Made by a program: the position numbers and the translations under genes
In this document: positions 38,194 through 46,589 of the stretch, in pieces
Numbering within the stretch: the first letter of the stretch is position 1
Layout of the letters: each line of letters opens with the position of its first letter
Notes under the pieces: model-generated
What the model was told of the DNA's origin: nothing
The model's database searches: none
What the model saw: the letters and a program-made list of their open reading frames with translations, nothing else
Assembly (NCBI GenBank): GCA_963711565.1
Contig: CAVQEQ010000004.1
Span: 800,001 to 864,000 of the forward strand
Source: an uncultured delta proteobacterium
GTDB taxonomy: Bacteria > Desulfobacterota > Binatia > Binatales > Binataceae
Direction of reading: 5' to 3'
Length of the DNA stretch: 64,000 bases

Positions 38194-38874
38194 TTACTCG
38201 TTAGGCACCAGCTCGACGCGACGATTCTGGGCGCGGCCCTCGGCCGTGTCGTTGGTGGCGACGAAGTCAGTCTTGCCGTAGCCGTGCGGAATCAACTGGC
38301 TCGACGGGATCCCAGCTTTCACCAGGTAGTCCACGACCGCATCCGAGCGCCGATCGGACAGCTTCAGGTTGTATTCCTCACCGCCGATCGCGTCGCAGTA
38401 GCCGTTGACGCCGATCGTCACGTTCGGATTGGCCTTCAGAGTCGATGCGGCCTCATCCAGCACGGCGGCATCACCCGGCCGAATCTTCGACTTGTTAAAG
38501 TCGAAATGCACACCGCGCAGCACCAGCTTCTGCTTGACCGGCGGCGGCGGAGGCGGTGGCGGAGGAGGCGGTGGTGGTGGCGGAGGAGGCGGCGGCGGTG
38601 GCAGAGGTTTAGGCGCCAGGAAGTAGCCGATCGTGCCGCCAATCAGAGCGCCGCCAACCACGCCGGTCGGGCATCCAATCTCGTAGGCTTCGGCGGAGTG
38701 ACCTTTATCCTGGGTGGCTGCAATTCCGCAACCGAGTCCGCCGCCCAGGAGCGCGCCGGCGCCCGCTCCGTAAAGCGTGTACTCCTTCTGCTCAGGCGTC
38801 CATGACGAGCATGACGAGACAGTGAGGAGCACGGCGCACGCCACTGCCGCAATCCAATTCTTCGATTTAAGCAT
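38194..38874 (-). CDS. OmpA-domain lipoprotein D: glycine zipper, Pro21 linker
   Basis: Lipobox VSSC. OmpA C-terminal domain motifs. GGGAGG RBS. Confidence 0.9.
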   Translation of the reverse strand: MLKSKNWIAAVACAVLLTVSSCSSWTPEQKEYTLYGAGAGALLGGGLGCGIAATQDKGHSAEAYEIGCPTGVVGGALIGGTIGYFLAPKPLPPPPPPPPPPPPPPPPPPPPPVKQKLVLRGVHFDFNKSKIRPGDAAVLDEAASTLKANPNVTIGVNGYCDAIGGEEYNLKLSDRRSDAVVDYLVKAGIPSSQLIPHGYGKTDFVATNDTAEGRAQNRRVELVPNE

Positions 38875-38922
38875 TAAGACCCTCCCAAGTTACGAAGACA
38901 TCTCCGAAGGTAAACTCCCCAA

Positions 38923-39002
38923 ATTCTGACATTTTTGGAAAACCAGGTCCATTGAGGCACCCAAGCCGTCTTATACCGCCTGACCCGTAACAGCTCGTTT
39001 AC
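38923..39002 (-). promoter_or_regulatory. Promoter plus direct-repeat box (copy D)
   Basis: TGGACC-17-CAGAAT and GTAAA-N6-GTTAC. Confidence 0.65.
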
Positions 39003-39006
39003 AAAG

Positions 39007-39042
39007 AAAAGCGGCCGCAGCCCCTCGAGGGAACTGCGGCCG
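39007..39042 (-). terminator. Intrinsic terminator of OmpA copy C
   Basis: CGGCCGCAG stem plus T-tract. Confidence 0.8.
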
Positions 39043-39069
39043 ATTACTAGCGTTGTCAGTCTCGGCGAC

Positions 39070-39765
39070 TTACTCGTTAGGCATCAGCTCGACGCGGCGG
39101 TTTTCAGCGCGACCCTCGGCCGTGTCGTTGGTGGCAACGAAGTCAGTCTTGCCGTAGCCGTGCGGAATCAACTGGCTCGACGGGATTCCGGCGTTCACCA
39201 GGTAATCCACGACCGCATTCGCGCGCCGATCGGATAGCTTGAGGTTGTATTCCTCACCGCCGATCGCGTCGCAGTAGCCGTTGACGTAGATCGTCACGTT
39301 CGGATTCGCCTTCAGAGTTGATGCGGCCTCATCAAGAATTGCGGCATCACCCGGACGAATCTTCGACTTGTTGAAATCGAAATGCACTCCACGCAGCACC
39401 ACCTTCTGCTTGACCGGCGGCGGTGGAGGCGGTGGCGGAGGTGGCGGCGGAGGTGGAGGTGGTGGCGGCGGTGGCAGCGGTTTCGGTGCGATCAGGTAGC
39501 CGACGGTGGCGCCGATCAGTGCGCCGGCGCCGACTCCGACCGGGCATCCGATCTCATAAGCCTTGGCACCCTGCACGCCCACGCCACCATGTCCGGACGT
39601 CGCTGCGGCAATTCCGCAGCCGAGTCCGCCGCCGAGGAGCGCACCGGCGCCCGCTCCGTATAACGTGTACTCCTGCTGCTGTGGCGTCCAATTAAACGCG
39701 CACGACGAGAGCATCAGAAGAGCGACGCTCGCAAATCCGCCCACCCAATTTTTCCACTTGTACAC
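39070..39765 (-). CDS. OmpA-domain lipoprotein C: glycine zipper, Pro20 linker
   Basis: Lipobox LSSC. OmpA C-terminal domain motifs. Confidence 0.9.
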   Translation of the reverse strand: MYKWKNWVGGFASVALLMLSSCAFNWTPQQQEYTLYGAGAGALLGGGLGCGIAAATSGHGGVGVQGAKAYEIGCPVGVGAGALIGATVGYLIAPKPLPPPPPPPPPPPPPPPPPPPPVKQKVVLRGVHFDFNKSKIRPGDAAILDEAASTLKANPNVTIYVNGYCDAIGGEEYNLKLSDRRANAVVDYLVNAGIPSSQLIPHGYGKTDFVATNDTAEGRAENRRVELMPNE

Positions 39766-39815
39766 TAGAGCCCCTCCCTGAGTTTCAGCCGACCCCGCAA
39801 ATTAAAACTCCGTGG

Positions 39816-39895
39816 ATTGTGCCACTTTTGGGAAGGCAGGTCTATTGAGGAACAAATCGGTTCGGATAGCGTCACGTTCGTAACAGTTCCTTCAC
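39816..39895 (-). promoter_or_regulatory. Promoter plus direct-repeat box (copy C)
   Basis: TAGACC-17-CACAAT and GTGAA-N6-GTTAC. Confidence 0.65.
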
Positions 39896-39933
39896 AAAAA
39901 AGCGGCCGCAGCCCCTCGAGGGGACTGCGGCCG
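39896..39933 (-). terminator. Intrinsic terminator of OmpA copy B
   Basis: Identical to the copy D terminator. Confidence 0.85.
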
Positions 39934-39961
39934 GTTACAAGCGTGTCAGTTCTGTTCCGAC

Positions 39962-40639
39962 TTACTCGTTAGGCACCAGCTCGACGCGACGATTCTGGGC
40001 GCGGCCCTCGGCCGTGTCGTTGGTGGCGACGAAGTCAGTCTTGCCGTAGCCGTGCGGAATCAACTGGCTCGACGGGATACCGGCTTTCACCAGGTAATCC
40101 ACGACCGCGTCCGAGCGCCGATCGGACAGCTTGAGGTTGTATTCCTCGCCACCGATCGCGTCGCAGTAGCCGTTGACGTTGATCGTCACGTTCGGATTGG
40201 CCTTCAGAGTTGATGCGGCCTCATCCAGCACGGCGGCATCACCCGGACGAATCTTCGACTTGTTGAAGTCGAAATGCACTCCGCGCAGCACCAGCTTCTG
40301 CTTGACCGGCGGAGGCGGTGGCGGCGGAGGAGGAGGCGGTGGAGGTGGTGGTGGCGGCGGAGGCGGTGCCGGTTTCGGCGCCAGCAGGTAACCGTTCACA
40401 GCGCCGATCAGCGCGCCCATCACGACGCCAGTGGGGCATCCGATCTCATAACCCTTGGCGGAGCCACTTACTCCCGCTGCAATCCCACAACCCAGGCCGC
40501 CGCCGATGAGCGCGCCGGCAGCCGCTCCGCCCGCAGTGTATTCCTTCTGCTCCGGCGTCCACGACGCGCATGACGAGACCGTCAGCAGCACGGCGATCGC
40601 TCCAGCGCCAATCCAATTTTTCCAACTAATCACTAGCAC
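39962..40639 (-). CDS. OmpA-domain lipoprotein B: glycine zipper, Pro20 linker
   Basis: Lipobox VSSC. OmpA C-terminal domain motifs. True start may be GTG 40633. Confidence 0.9.
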   Translation of the reverse strand: MLVISWKNWIGAGAIAVLLTVSSCASWTPEQKEYTAGGAAAGALIGGGLGCGIAAGVSGSAKGYEIGCPTGVVMGALIGAVNGYLLAPKPAPPPPPPPPPPPPPPPPPPPPVKQKLVLRGVHFDFNKSKIRPGDAAVLDEAASTLKANPNVTINVNGYCDAIGGEEYNLKLSDRRSDAVVDYLVKAGIPSSQLIPHGYGKTDFVATNDTAEGRAQNRRVELVPNE

Positions 40640-40680
40640 CCTCCATCAAGTTCAAGTTAGTCCGGAATCAAACGCTGCTA

Positions 40681-40759
40681 ATTCTGCCTTTTTTTGGACG
40701 CTGGGTCTATTCACGCGTCGAGCAGGTCTGTTACGCGGGGCTCGTAATAGTGCCGTAAT
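40681..40759 (-). promoter_or_regulatory. Promoter plus direct-repeat box (copy B)
   Basis: TAGACC-17-CAGAAT and ATTAC-N6-ATTAC. Confidence 0.6.
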
Positions 40760-40770
40760 CGGCAGGATAC

Positions 40771-40811
40771 AAAAAATGCGGCCGCAGCCCCCTTGACGGG
40801 ACTGCGGCCGC
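40771..40811 (-). terminator. Intrinsic terminator of OmpA copy A
   Basis: GCGGCCGCAGTCCC stem plus T6. Confidence 0.85.
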
Positions 40812-40840
40812 TTTACAGACAATCTCAGTCTCGGCCCGGC

Positions 40841-41554
40841 TTACTCATTCGGTACCAGTTCGACGCGGCGGTTCTGAGCGCGACCCTCAGCCGTGTCGTT
40901 GGTGGCAACGAAGTCAGTCTTGCCATAACCGTGCGGGATCAACTGGCTCGACGGGATTCCGGCTTTCACCAGGTAATCCACGACCGCATCCGAGCGCCGA
41001 TCGGACAGCTTGAGGTTGTATTCCTCGCTGCCGATAGCGTCGCAGTAGCCATTGACGTTGATCGTCACGTTCGGATTGGCCTTCAGAGTCGTTGCGGCCT
41101 CATCCAGAACGGCGGCGTCACCCGGACGGATGATCGACTTGTTGAAGTCGAAATGCACACCGCGTAGTACCAACTTCTCCTTTACCGGCGGCGGCGGAGG
41201 AGGCGGTGGAGGCGGCGGCGGAGGAGGTGGCGGCGGTGGAGGAGGCGGCGGTTGGATTACTTCGTCGCAGAGGTAGTGGCCCGCTAGCGCGCCGACCAAG
41301 CCGCCTGCGGCTGCTCCGCCCAAGCCCGCCCATACGCGGGAATCATTGCTGCTGTTCGATTTCCCTTGGGTATTGTCAACGATGACGATGCCTGAAGCGG
41401 CACCGATACCCGCTCCAAGTGCGCCACCGACGGCCGCGCATATTCCCCACGATCGTGGCTGCTCCAGATATGCGCAACCGCTCATGCTGGACGCGAATAG
41501 CGCCGCGCCAGCGATGGCAACGACCGCATTCAAAAGCCTTGATTTCAGTCTCAT
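40841..41554 (-). CDS. OmpA-domain lipoprotein A: glycine zipper, Pro22 linker (distinct N-terminal domain)
   Basis: GAGGAGGAG RBS, lipobox MSGC, OmpA C-terminal domain motifs. Confidence 0.9.
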   Translation of the reverse strand: MRLKSRLLNAVVAIAGAALFASSMSGCAYLEQPRSWGICAAVGGALGAGIGAASGIVIVDNTQGKSNSSNDSRVWAGLGGAAAGGLVGALAGHYLCDEVIQPPPPPPPPPPPPPPPPPPPPPPVKEKLVLRGVHFDFNKSIIRPGDAAVLDEAATTLKANPNVTINVNGYCDAIGSEEYNLKLSDRRSDAVVDYLVKAGIPSSQLIPHGYGKTDFVATNDTAEGRAQNRRVELVPNE

Positions 41555-41821
41555 GAACTCCTCCTCACCCAAGAGCGTCTACGCGCGGAAGTGAACCCCT
41601 CACTTGCCCCCGAACGGCGAACCCATGTGCAAACGGGTATCCCCACCCAATTGACGGGGAAATATAGTTATATTTGTAACAGGAATGCAACACGTCCGGG
41701 GGGTGCAAGGCGAGATTTCTGCCCAGAGACTGGCTGGCGTCGCTGCGGCGAAGCCCGGTCGACCTGTGGATAAGTGTCGCTGAATTTGTTCCGGTTACCC
41801 GGTAAGGCGGGGCTGATACGA

Positions 41822-41857
41822 CGCTCCGAACTCCCGCGAAAGATGGAGTTCGGAGCG
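41822..41857 (-). terminator. Hairpin downstream of 41873-42352
   Basis: CGCTCCGAACTCC...GGAGTTCGGAGCG. No clear T-tract. Confidence 0.45.
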
Positions 41858-41872
41858 GTCATTCGAGTCGAA

Positions 41873-42352
41873 TCAGTTATGGTGATGATGCTTCTGCGCA
41901 GGGATTGCTCCTGCTTCGTTTGCTCCAGCCACCGGCTCGTGCTCTGCATAGGTACCCGGATGCGGCGCGACCTCGGCATGATTCTGGGCCCATTCGGGAT
42001 GATCATGCGCCCACTCTGGATGGTGCTCGTTCACCCAGTTGGGGTCGTGCGCATGCCACCAGTTCTCGTCGCGCCATACGTGACCCGAATCGTAGGCCCC
42101 GACGCCGTGCTGGGCGAGCCTCTTGTATTCGTTGGGATGGTTCTGCATGAACGTCTGCAATTCAGGATGCTCATCGCGGAATTGCTTGTTGTAAAGCAGC
42201 GACGGATCGGCGCGTACTTTAGCAGCCAAGTCCGGATGCGCATTGAGAAACTTGTCCATTTTCGGGCCCATCTCCTGCGCCATCGCCACCGATGTTATCG
42301 CGGTCGCGAGCAGAATAATCGCGCCGGCTAGCAAGGTTTTAGGATGCTTCAT
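41873..42352 (-). CDS. Secreted His/Pro/Trp-repeat protein
   Basis: AGGAG RBS, signal peptide AMA|Q, repeated (F/W)xxxHP units, C-terminal HHHHN. Confidence 0.8.
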   Translation of the reverse strand: MKHPKTLLAGAIILLATAITSVAMAQEMGPKMDKFLNAHPDLAAKVRADPSLLYNKQFRDEHPELQTFMQNHPNEYKRLAQHGVGAYDSGHVWRDENWWHAHDPNWVNEHHPEWAHDHPEWAQNHAEVAPHPGTYAEHEPVAGANEAGAIPAQKHHHHN

Positions 42353-42840
42353 GTCTGATTTCTCCTGGTTCTCGACTCTGTTCTTGTTAGGCGCTAATCG
42401 CCCGCATTATATCCCAGCAATCAACCGAGTGCACTCTTACTCTTCTGCTACGATAACTTCATGCATCTCGCAAAGAGAGTACGCCGCAGCCAGATTTCGG
42501 TTGCTGTCCACATCGACGCGATCGGAGGTTCAGACGGGTTCTGGGGATGAACTATTCAGCCTGACCCGGCCCGACTTTTCTGTGCTATTCTTATGCGATG
42601 GAAAACGGACAGCCGTCAGCATGTCCCATAGTCACCCGGCTCGTTCGGAGTGGGTTCGGCGCCAGCTTGCGAAAAAAGCATTTTCGACGGAACGAAGCTA
42701 CCGATGGTAGTCTAGTCGTCACCAGACTACCACATACGGTACAACTGCGACTTGTTCCCCCGTCTATCGGTTTCCACAACTTGGATTGACTGCCCGCTAA
42801 TTCCGCGAAAAGCGCGATCCTGCTACAGTCGTTTTTTTCC

Positions 42841-45051
42841 ATGCTTTCACTAGCTCGCGGTAAAGAGGGAAGTTTCAAGCTGGTCTCGGGCTACAAGCCC
42901 GAGGGCGACCAGCCGACTGCGATCGAATCGATCGTCGCCAATCTCAACGACAAGGTGCCGCATCAGGTACTGCTCGGCGTCACCGGCTCGGGCAAGACGT
43001 TCACGATGGCCAACGTGATCGCGCGCGTGAACCGGCCCACGCTCGTGATGGCGCCGAACAAGACGCTCGCCGCGCAGCTCTACAACGAGTTCAAGAGCCT
43101 GTTCCCCGAAAACGCGATCCGCTACTTCGTCTCGTATTACGACTACTACCAGCCCGAGGCGTACGTGCCCTCGACCGACACCTTCATCGAGAAAGACGCG
43201 AGCATCAACGACGAGATCGACAAGCTGCGGCACTCTGCAACGAAGGCGCTGCTCGAGCGCAACGACGTGCTGATCGTGGCGTCGGTCTCGTGCATCTACG
43301 GCCTCGGCGAGCCCGAGGTGTACTTCGAGATGCTGGTGTTCCTCGAAGAGGGACAGACCATCGACCGCGACAAGATGCTGCGCAAGCTCATCAACATCAT
43401 GTACGAGCGCAACGACTACGACTTTCATCGCGGGACGTTTCGCGTGCGCGGCGACACGGTCGAGATTTTTCCCGCCTACGAAGAGCAGCGCGCGGTGCGA
43501 GTCGAATTTTTCGGCGACCAGGTTGAGGCGATGTACGAAATCGACGCGCTGCGCGGCAAGGTGATCCGCAAGCTGCAGAGCATCGCGATCTACCCCGCAT
43601 CGCATTACGTGACGACCTCCGATCGGATGGAAATCGCGGTGCGCGACATCCGCGCCGAACTTAAGGATCGCCTCGAGTTCTTCCGCGCAGAGAATAGGCT
43701 GCTCGAAGCCCAGCGTCTCGAACAGCGCACGATGTACGATCTCGAGCTGTTGGCCGAGATGGGCTTCTGTCCGGGAATCGAGAACTATTCACGCCATCTG
43801 ACCGGCCGCTCGCCCGGACAGGCGCCGCCGACGCTCCTCGATTACTTCCCGAACAACTCGCTGTTCTTCATCGACGAGAGTCACGTAACGGTTCCGCAAA
43901 TCGGCGGGATGTATCGCGGCGACCGCTCGCGCAAGTCGGTGCTGGTCGATTTCGGATTCCGGCTGCCGTCCGCGCTCGACAATCGCCCGCTCAATTTCGA
44001 GGAATGGGAATCGCACATCGTGCAGGCCGTCTATGTCTCTGCGACGCCCGGCGACTACGAGCAGCAGAAATCGGGCGGCCTCATCGTCGAGCAGCTCATT
44101 CGCCCGACCGGACTTATCGATCCGCAAATCGAAGTGCGCAAGGCCGGCACGCAGGTCGATGATCTGCTCGAGGAAATTCACAAGCGCGTCGCCGTCAACG
44201 AGCGCGTGCTGGTGACCTGCCTCACCAAAAAGATGGCTGAGGATCTGACCGACTACTACCACGACCTCGGCATCCGCGTGCGCTACCTGCATTCCGACAT
44301 CGAGACGATCGAGCGCGTCGAGATCATCCGCAGCCTGCGCAAGGGCGACTTCGACGTGCTGGTCGGAATCAATCTGTTGCGCGAAGGCCTCGACCTGCCC
44401 GAGGTGTCGCTGGTCGCGATTCTCGACGCCGACAAGGAAGGCTACCTGCGTTCGGCGCGTTCGCTGATTCAGACGACGGGCCGCGCCGCGCGCCATATCA
44501 ATGGTCGCGTGATCATGTACGCGGACACGATCACGAAATCGATGGAGCATGCGATTGGCGAGACCAATCGCCGGCGCGCCAAGCAGGTCGCATACAACGA
44601 GCAGCACGGCATCACGCCCACGTCGATTGTCAAGGCAATCGACGCGTCTCTGGTCGAGATGTACTCGCCTGAATGGGCCGTGGTCCCGGAAATCGGCGAC
44701 GACAAGCGCGAGGAGGAGTTCATCCCGGCGCACGAGCTGCCCGATCGAATCACCGAACTGCGGCAACAGATGATGGAGGCGGCGGAAAAGCTCGACTACG
44801 AGCGCGCCGCCGACCTGCGCGACCAGATAAAAAAGCTCGAGCGCCACGCCTTCGGCATGGATCAGCCGCGCCACCCGGTGCAGCCATCGCTGCCGCCGGG
44901 CTCAGCGCATCAACGCCCGAGTATTGAAAAGGGCATTCCGGTAAAAACCCGCGGCCGCCGCGGCGCGGGCGCCGCAACCGGCGCGGCGCCAGGCGCGATA
45001 CGCCCCGTCAAACAAAGCAAGCTCAAGCTGATCCCCGACGCGCCGAAGTAG
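42841..45051 (+). CDS. uvrB: Excinuclease ABC subunit B
   Basis: [46 protein letters not shown] domain. Confidence 0.97.
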   Translation: MLSLARGKEGSFKLVSGYKPEGDQPTAIESIVANLNDKVPHQVLLGVTGSGKTFTMANVIARVNRPTLVMAPNKTLAAQLYNEFKSLFPENAIRYFVSYYDYYQPEAYVPSTDTFIEKDASINDEIDKLRHSATKALLERNDVLIVASVSCIYGLGEPEVYFEMLVFLEEGQTIDRDKMLRKLINIMYERNDYDFHRGTFRVRGDTVEIFPAYEEQRAVRVEFFGDQVEAMYEIDALRGKVIRKLQSIAIYPASHYVTTSDRMEIAVRDIRAELKDRLEFFRAENRLLEAQRLEQRTMYDLELLAEMGFCPGIENYSRHLTGRSPGQAPPTLLDYFPNNSLFFIDESHVTVPQIGGMYRGDRSRKSVLVDFGFRLPSALDNRPLNFEEWESHIVQAVYVSATPGDYEQQKSGGLIVEQLIRPTGLIDPQIEVRKAGTQVDDLLEEIHKRVAVNERVLVTCLTKKMAEDLTDYYHDLGIRVRYLHSDIETIERVEIIRSLRKGDFDVLVGINLLREGLDLPEVSLVAILDADKEGYLRSARSLIQTTGRAARHINGRVIMYADTITKSMEHAIGETNRRRAKQVAYNEQHGITPTSIVKAIDASLVEMYSPEWAVVPEIGDDKREEEFIPAHELPDRITELRQQMMEAAEKLDYERAADLRDQIKKLERHAFGMDQPRHPVQPSLPPGSAHQRPSIEKGIPVKTRGRRGAGAATGAAPGAIRPVKQSKLKLIPDAPK

Positions 45052-45091
45052 CAGTAGCGCCTCACTTGGCAGAGACTCCGCGAGGAGAACG

Positions 45092-45460
45092 ATGACCTTC
45101 AACGGGATATGTCTGGTGACCAAGGACGTGAAGCGCTCTCGACTGTTCTACGAAGCGGTGTTGCGAACTTCGTTCAAAGGTGATGACGCTTTTGCCTGGA
45201 TCGAAGCTGCTCGTGGAAATTTCTCGATCTTCAGCGTTCAGGGAATGGAAGAAATGGCTCCCGGCTCGATGGATGGAGCCGGGCACGGAAGCTTCACGAT
45301 CGAATTCGAGGTCGAAGATGTCGATCTGGAGTTCGGGCGACTGAAGGCTGCGGGCGTAGAGTTCGTCAAGGAACCAACGACGCAATCCTGGCGCCGCCGA
45401 TCGGTCTGGTTCCGCGATCCTGATGGAAATATCGTGAACTTCTACAAGTCTCTGGTTTGA
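45092..45460 (+). CDS. VOC/glyoxalase family protein
   Basis: IEFEVEDVD, PTTQSW, WFRDPDGN. GAGGAG RBS. Confidence 0.85.
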   Translation: MTFNGICLVTKDVKRSRLFYEAVLRTSFKGDDAFAWIEAARGNFSIFSVQGMEEMAPGSMDGAGHGSFTIEFEVEDVDLEFGRLKAAGVEFVKEPTTQSWRRRSVWFRDPDGNIVNFYKSLV

Positions 45461-45575
45461 AGAAACCACTGCGACACAGCTGTCTAAGATGGGGATCGCA
45501 TCGGGTGCGATGCGTTCGCGCTCGTCGGTCGAGTCTGACCTTCATTCGCATAAGATGCGGCGCTGACGGGAGTGA

Positions 45576-46580
45576 ATGCAGCCTGTGACCAGACGACGAT
45601 TTCTTGCATTGGCGGCGCGCGTTGGTGCGATCGTTTCGATGACCGCAGGGAAGGCGCTTGCGGCGATCGCGCCGTCCGGCGGGATGCAGTATCGGACGCT
45701 GGGCCGCACGGGCGCGAAGGTCTCGCTCATCGGGGTCGGCGGTTACCATATCGGCCAGCCGAAGGACCCGCGCGACGGTATCGCGATTATCCGCAGCGCG
45801 ATCGACAACGGCGTGACCTTCATGGACAACTCGTGGGATTACCATCTCGGCGACAGCGAAATCAGGATGGGCAACGCGCTGCGAGACGGTTATCGCGACA
45901 AAGTCTTCCTGATGACCAAGGTCGATGGGCGCACGCGATGGACAGTGGACTGGCAGCTCGACGAGTCATTGAAGCGCTTGCAGACCGACCACGTCGATCT
46001 GCTGCAGATTCACGAAGTGATCCGCGACAACGATCCTGATCGCGTCTTTGGAAAGGACGGGGCGATCGAAGCGCTGCTCGCGGCGAAGAAAGCCGGCAAG
46101 ATTCGCTTCTTCGGATTCTCGGGGCATAAGACGCCGGCGATGCTGCTCAAGATGATCCGGCTCGCCGATCAATATGGCGTCACCTTCGACACGGTGCAGA
46201 TGCCGCTCAACGTGATGGACGCGCATTACGACAGCTTCCAGCAGAATGTGCTGCCGGTCGCGCTGGAAAAGAACATGGGCGTGATCGCGATGAAGTGTTT
46301 CGGCGACAATTTCATTTTGCAGAGCAAAACTGTCACGCCGCTCGAGGCGCTGCATTACACGATGAACCTCCCGATAAGTACGCTGGTCGTCGGATGCGAA
46401 TGGATCGGGTATCTGCAGCAGGCGCTGGACGCAGTGCGGACATTTCGGCCGCTCAGTGAGACTGAGGTGGCGGCTATCCTCGCGAAGACGGCAGAGGCTG
46501 CGAAAGGCGGCCAGTTCGAATACTACAAGACGCGCGACACGTTCGACGGCACGTCAAGGAATCTGAAGTGGCTCGGCTGA
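45576..46580 (+). CDS. Aldo/keto reductase with twin-arginine-like leader
   Basis: TRRRFL, YRTLGRTG, DNSWDY, TK, SLKRLQTDHVDLLQIH. Confidence 0.9.
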   Translation: MQPVTRRRFLALAARVGAIVSMTAGKALAAIAPSGGMQYRTLGRTGAKVSLIGVGGYHIGQPKDPRDGIAIIRSAIDNGVTFMDNSWDYHLGDSEIRMGNALRDGYRDKVFLMTKVDGRTRWTVDWQLDESLKRLQTDHVDLLQIHEVIRDNDPDRVFGKDGAIEALLAAKKAGKIRFFGFSGHKTPAMLLKMIRLADQYGVTFDTVQMPLNVMDAHYDSFQQNVLPVALEKNMGVIAMKCFGDNFILQSKTVTPLEALHYTMNLPISTLVVGCEWIGYLQQALDAVRTFRPLSETEVAAILAKTAEAAKGGQFEYYKTRDTFDGTSRNLKWLG

Positions 46581-46589
46581 TGCGAATAG

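Noticed and set aside
37541-41276. Poly-Gly and poly-Arg ORFs on the + strand
   Set aside because: Antisense shadows of the polyproline codons.
37259-41572. Repeated units read as a CRISPR array or diversity-generating retroelement
   Set aside because: The repeats are whole genes and terminators ~0.9 kb apart. There is no repeat-spacer pattern and no cas or reverse transcriptase gene, and the variation is not adenine-specific.
41765-41773. Perfect DnaA box TGTGGATAA
   Set aside because: Single isolated box with no cluster, AT-rich unwinding element or dnaA nearby. Compatible with chance.
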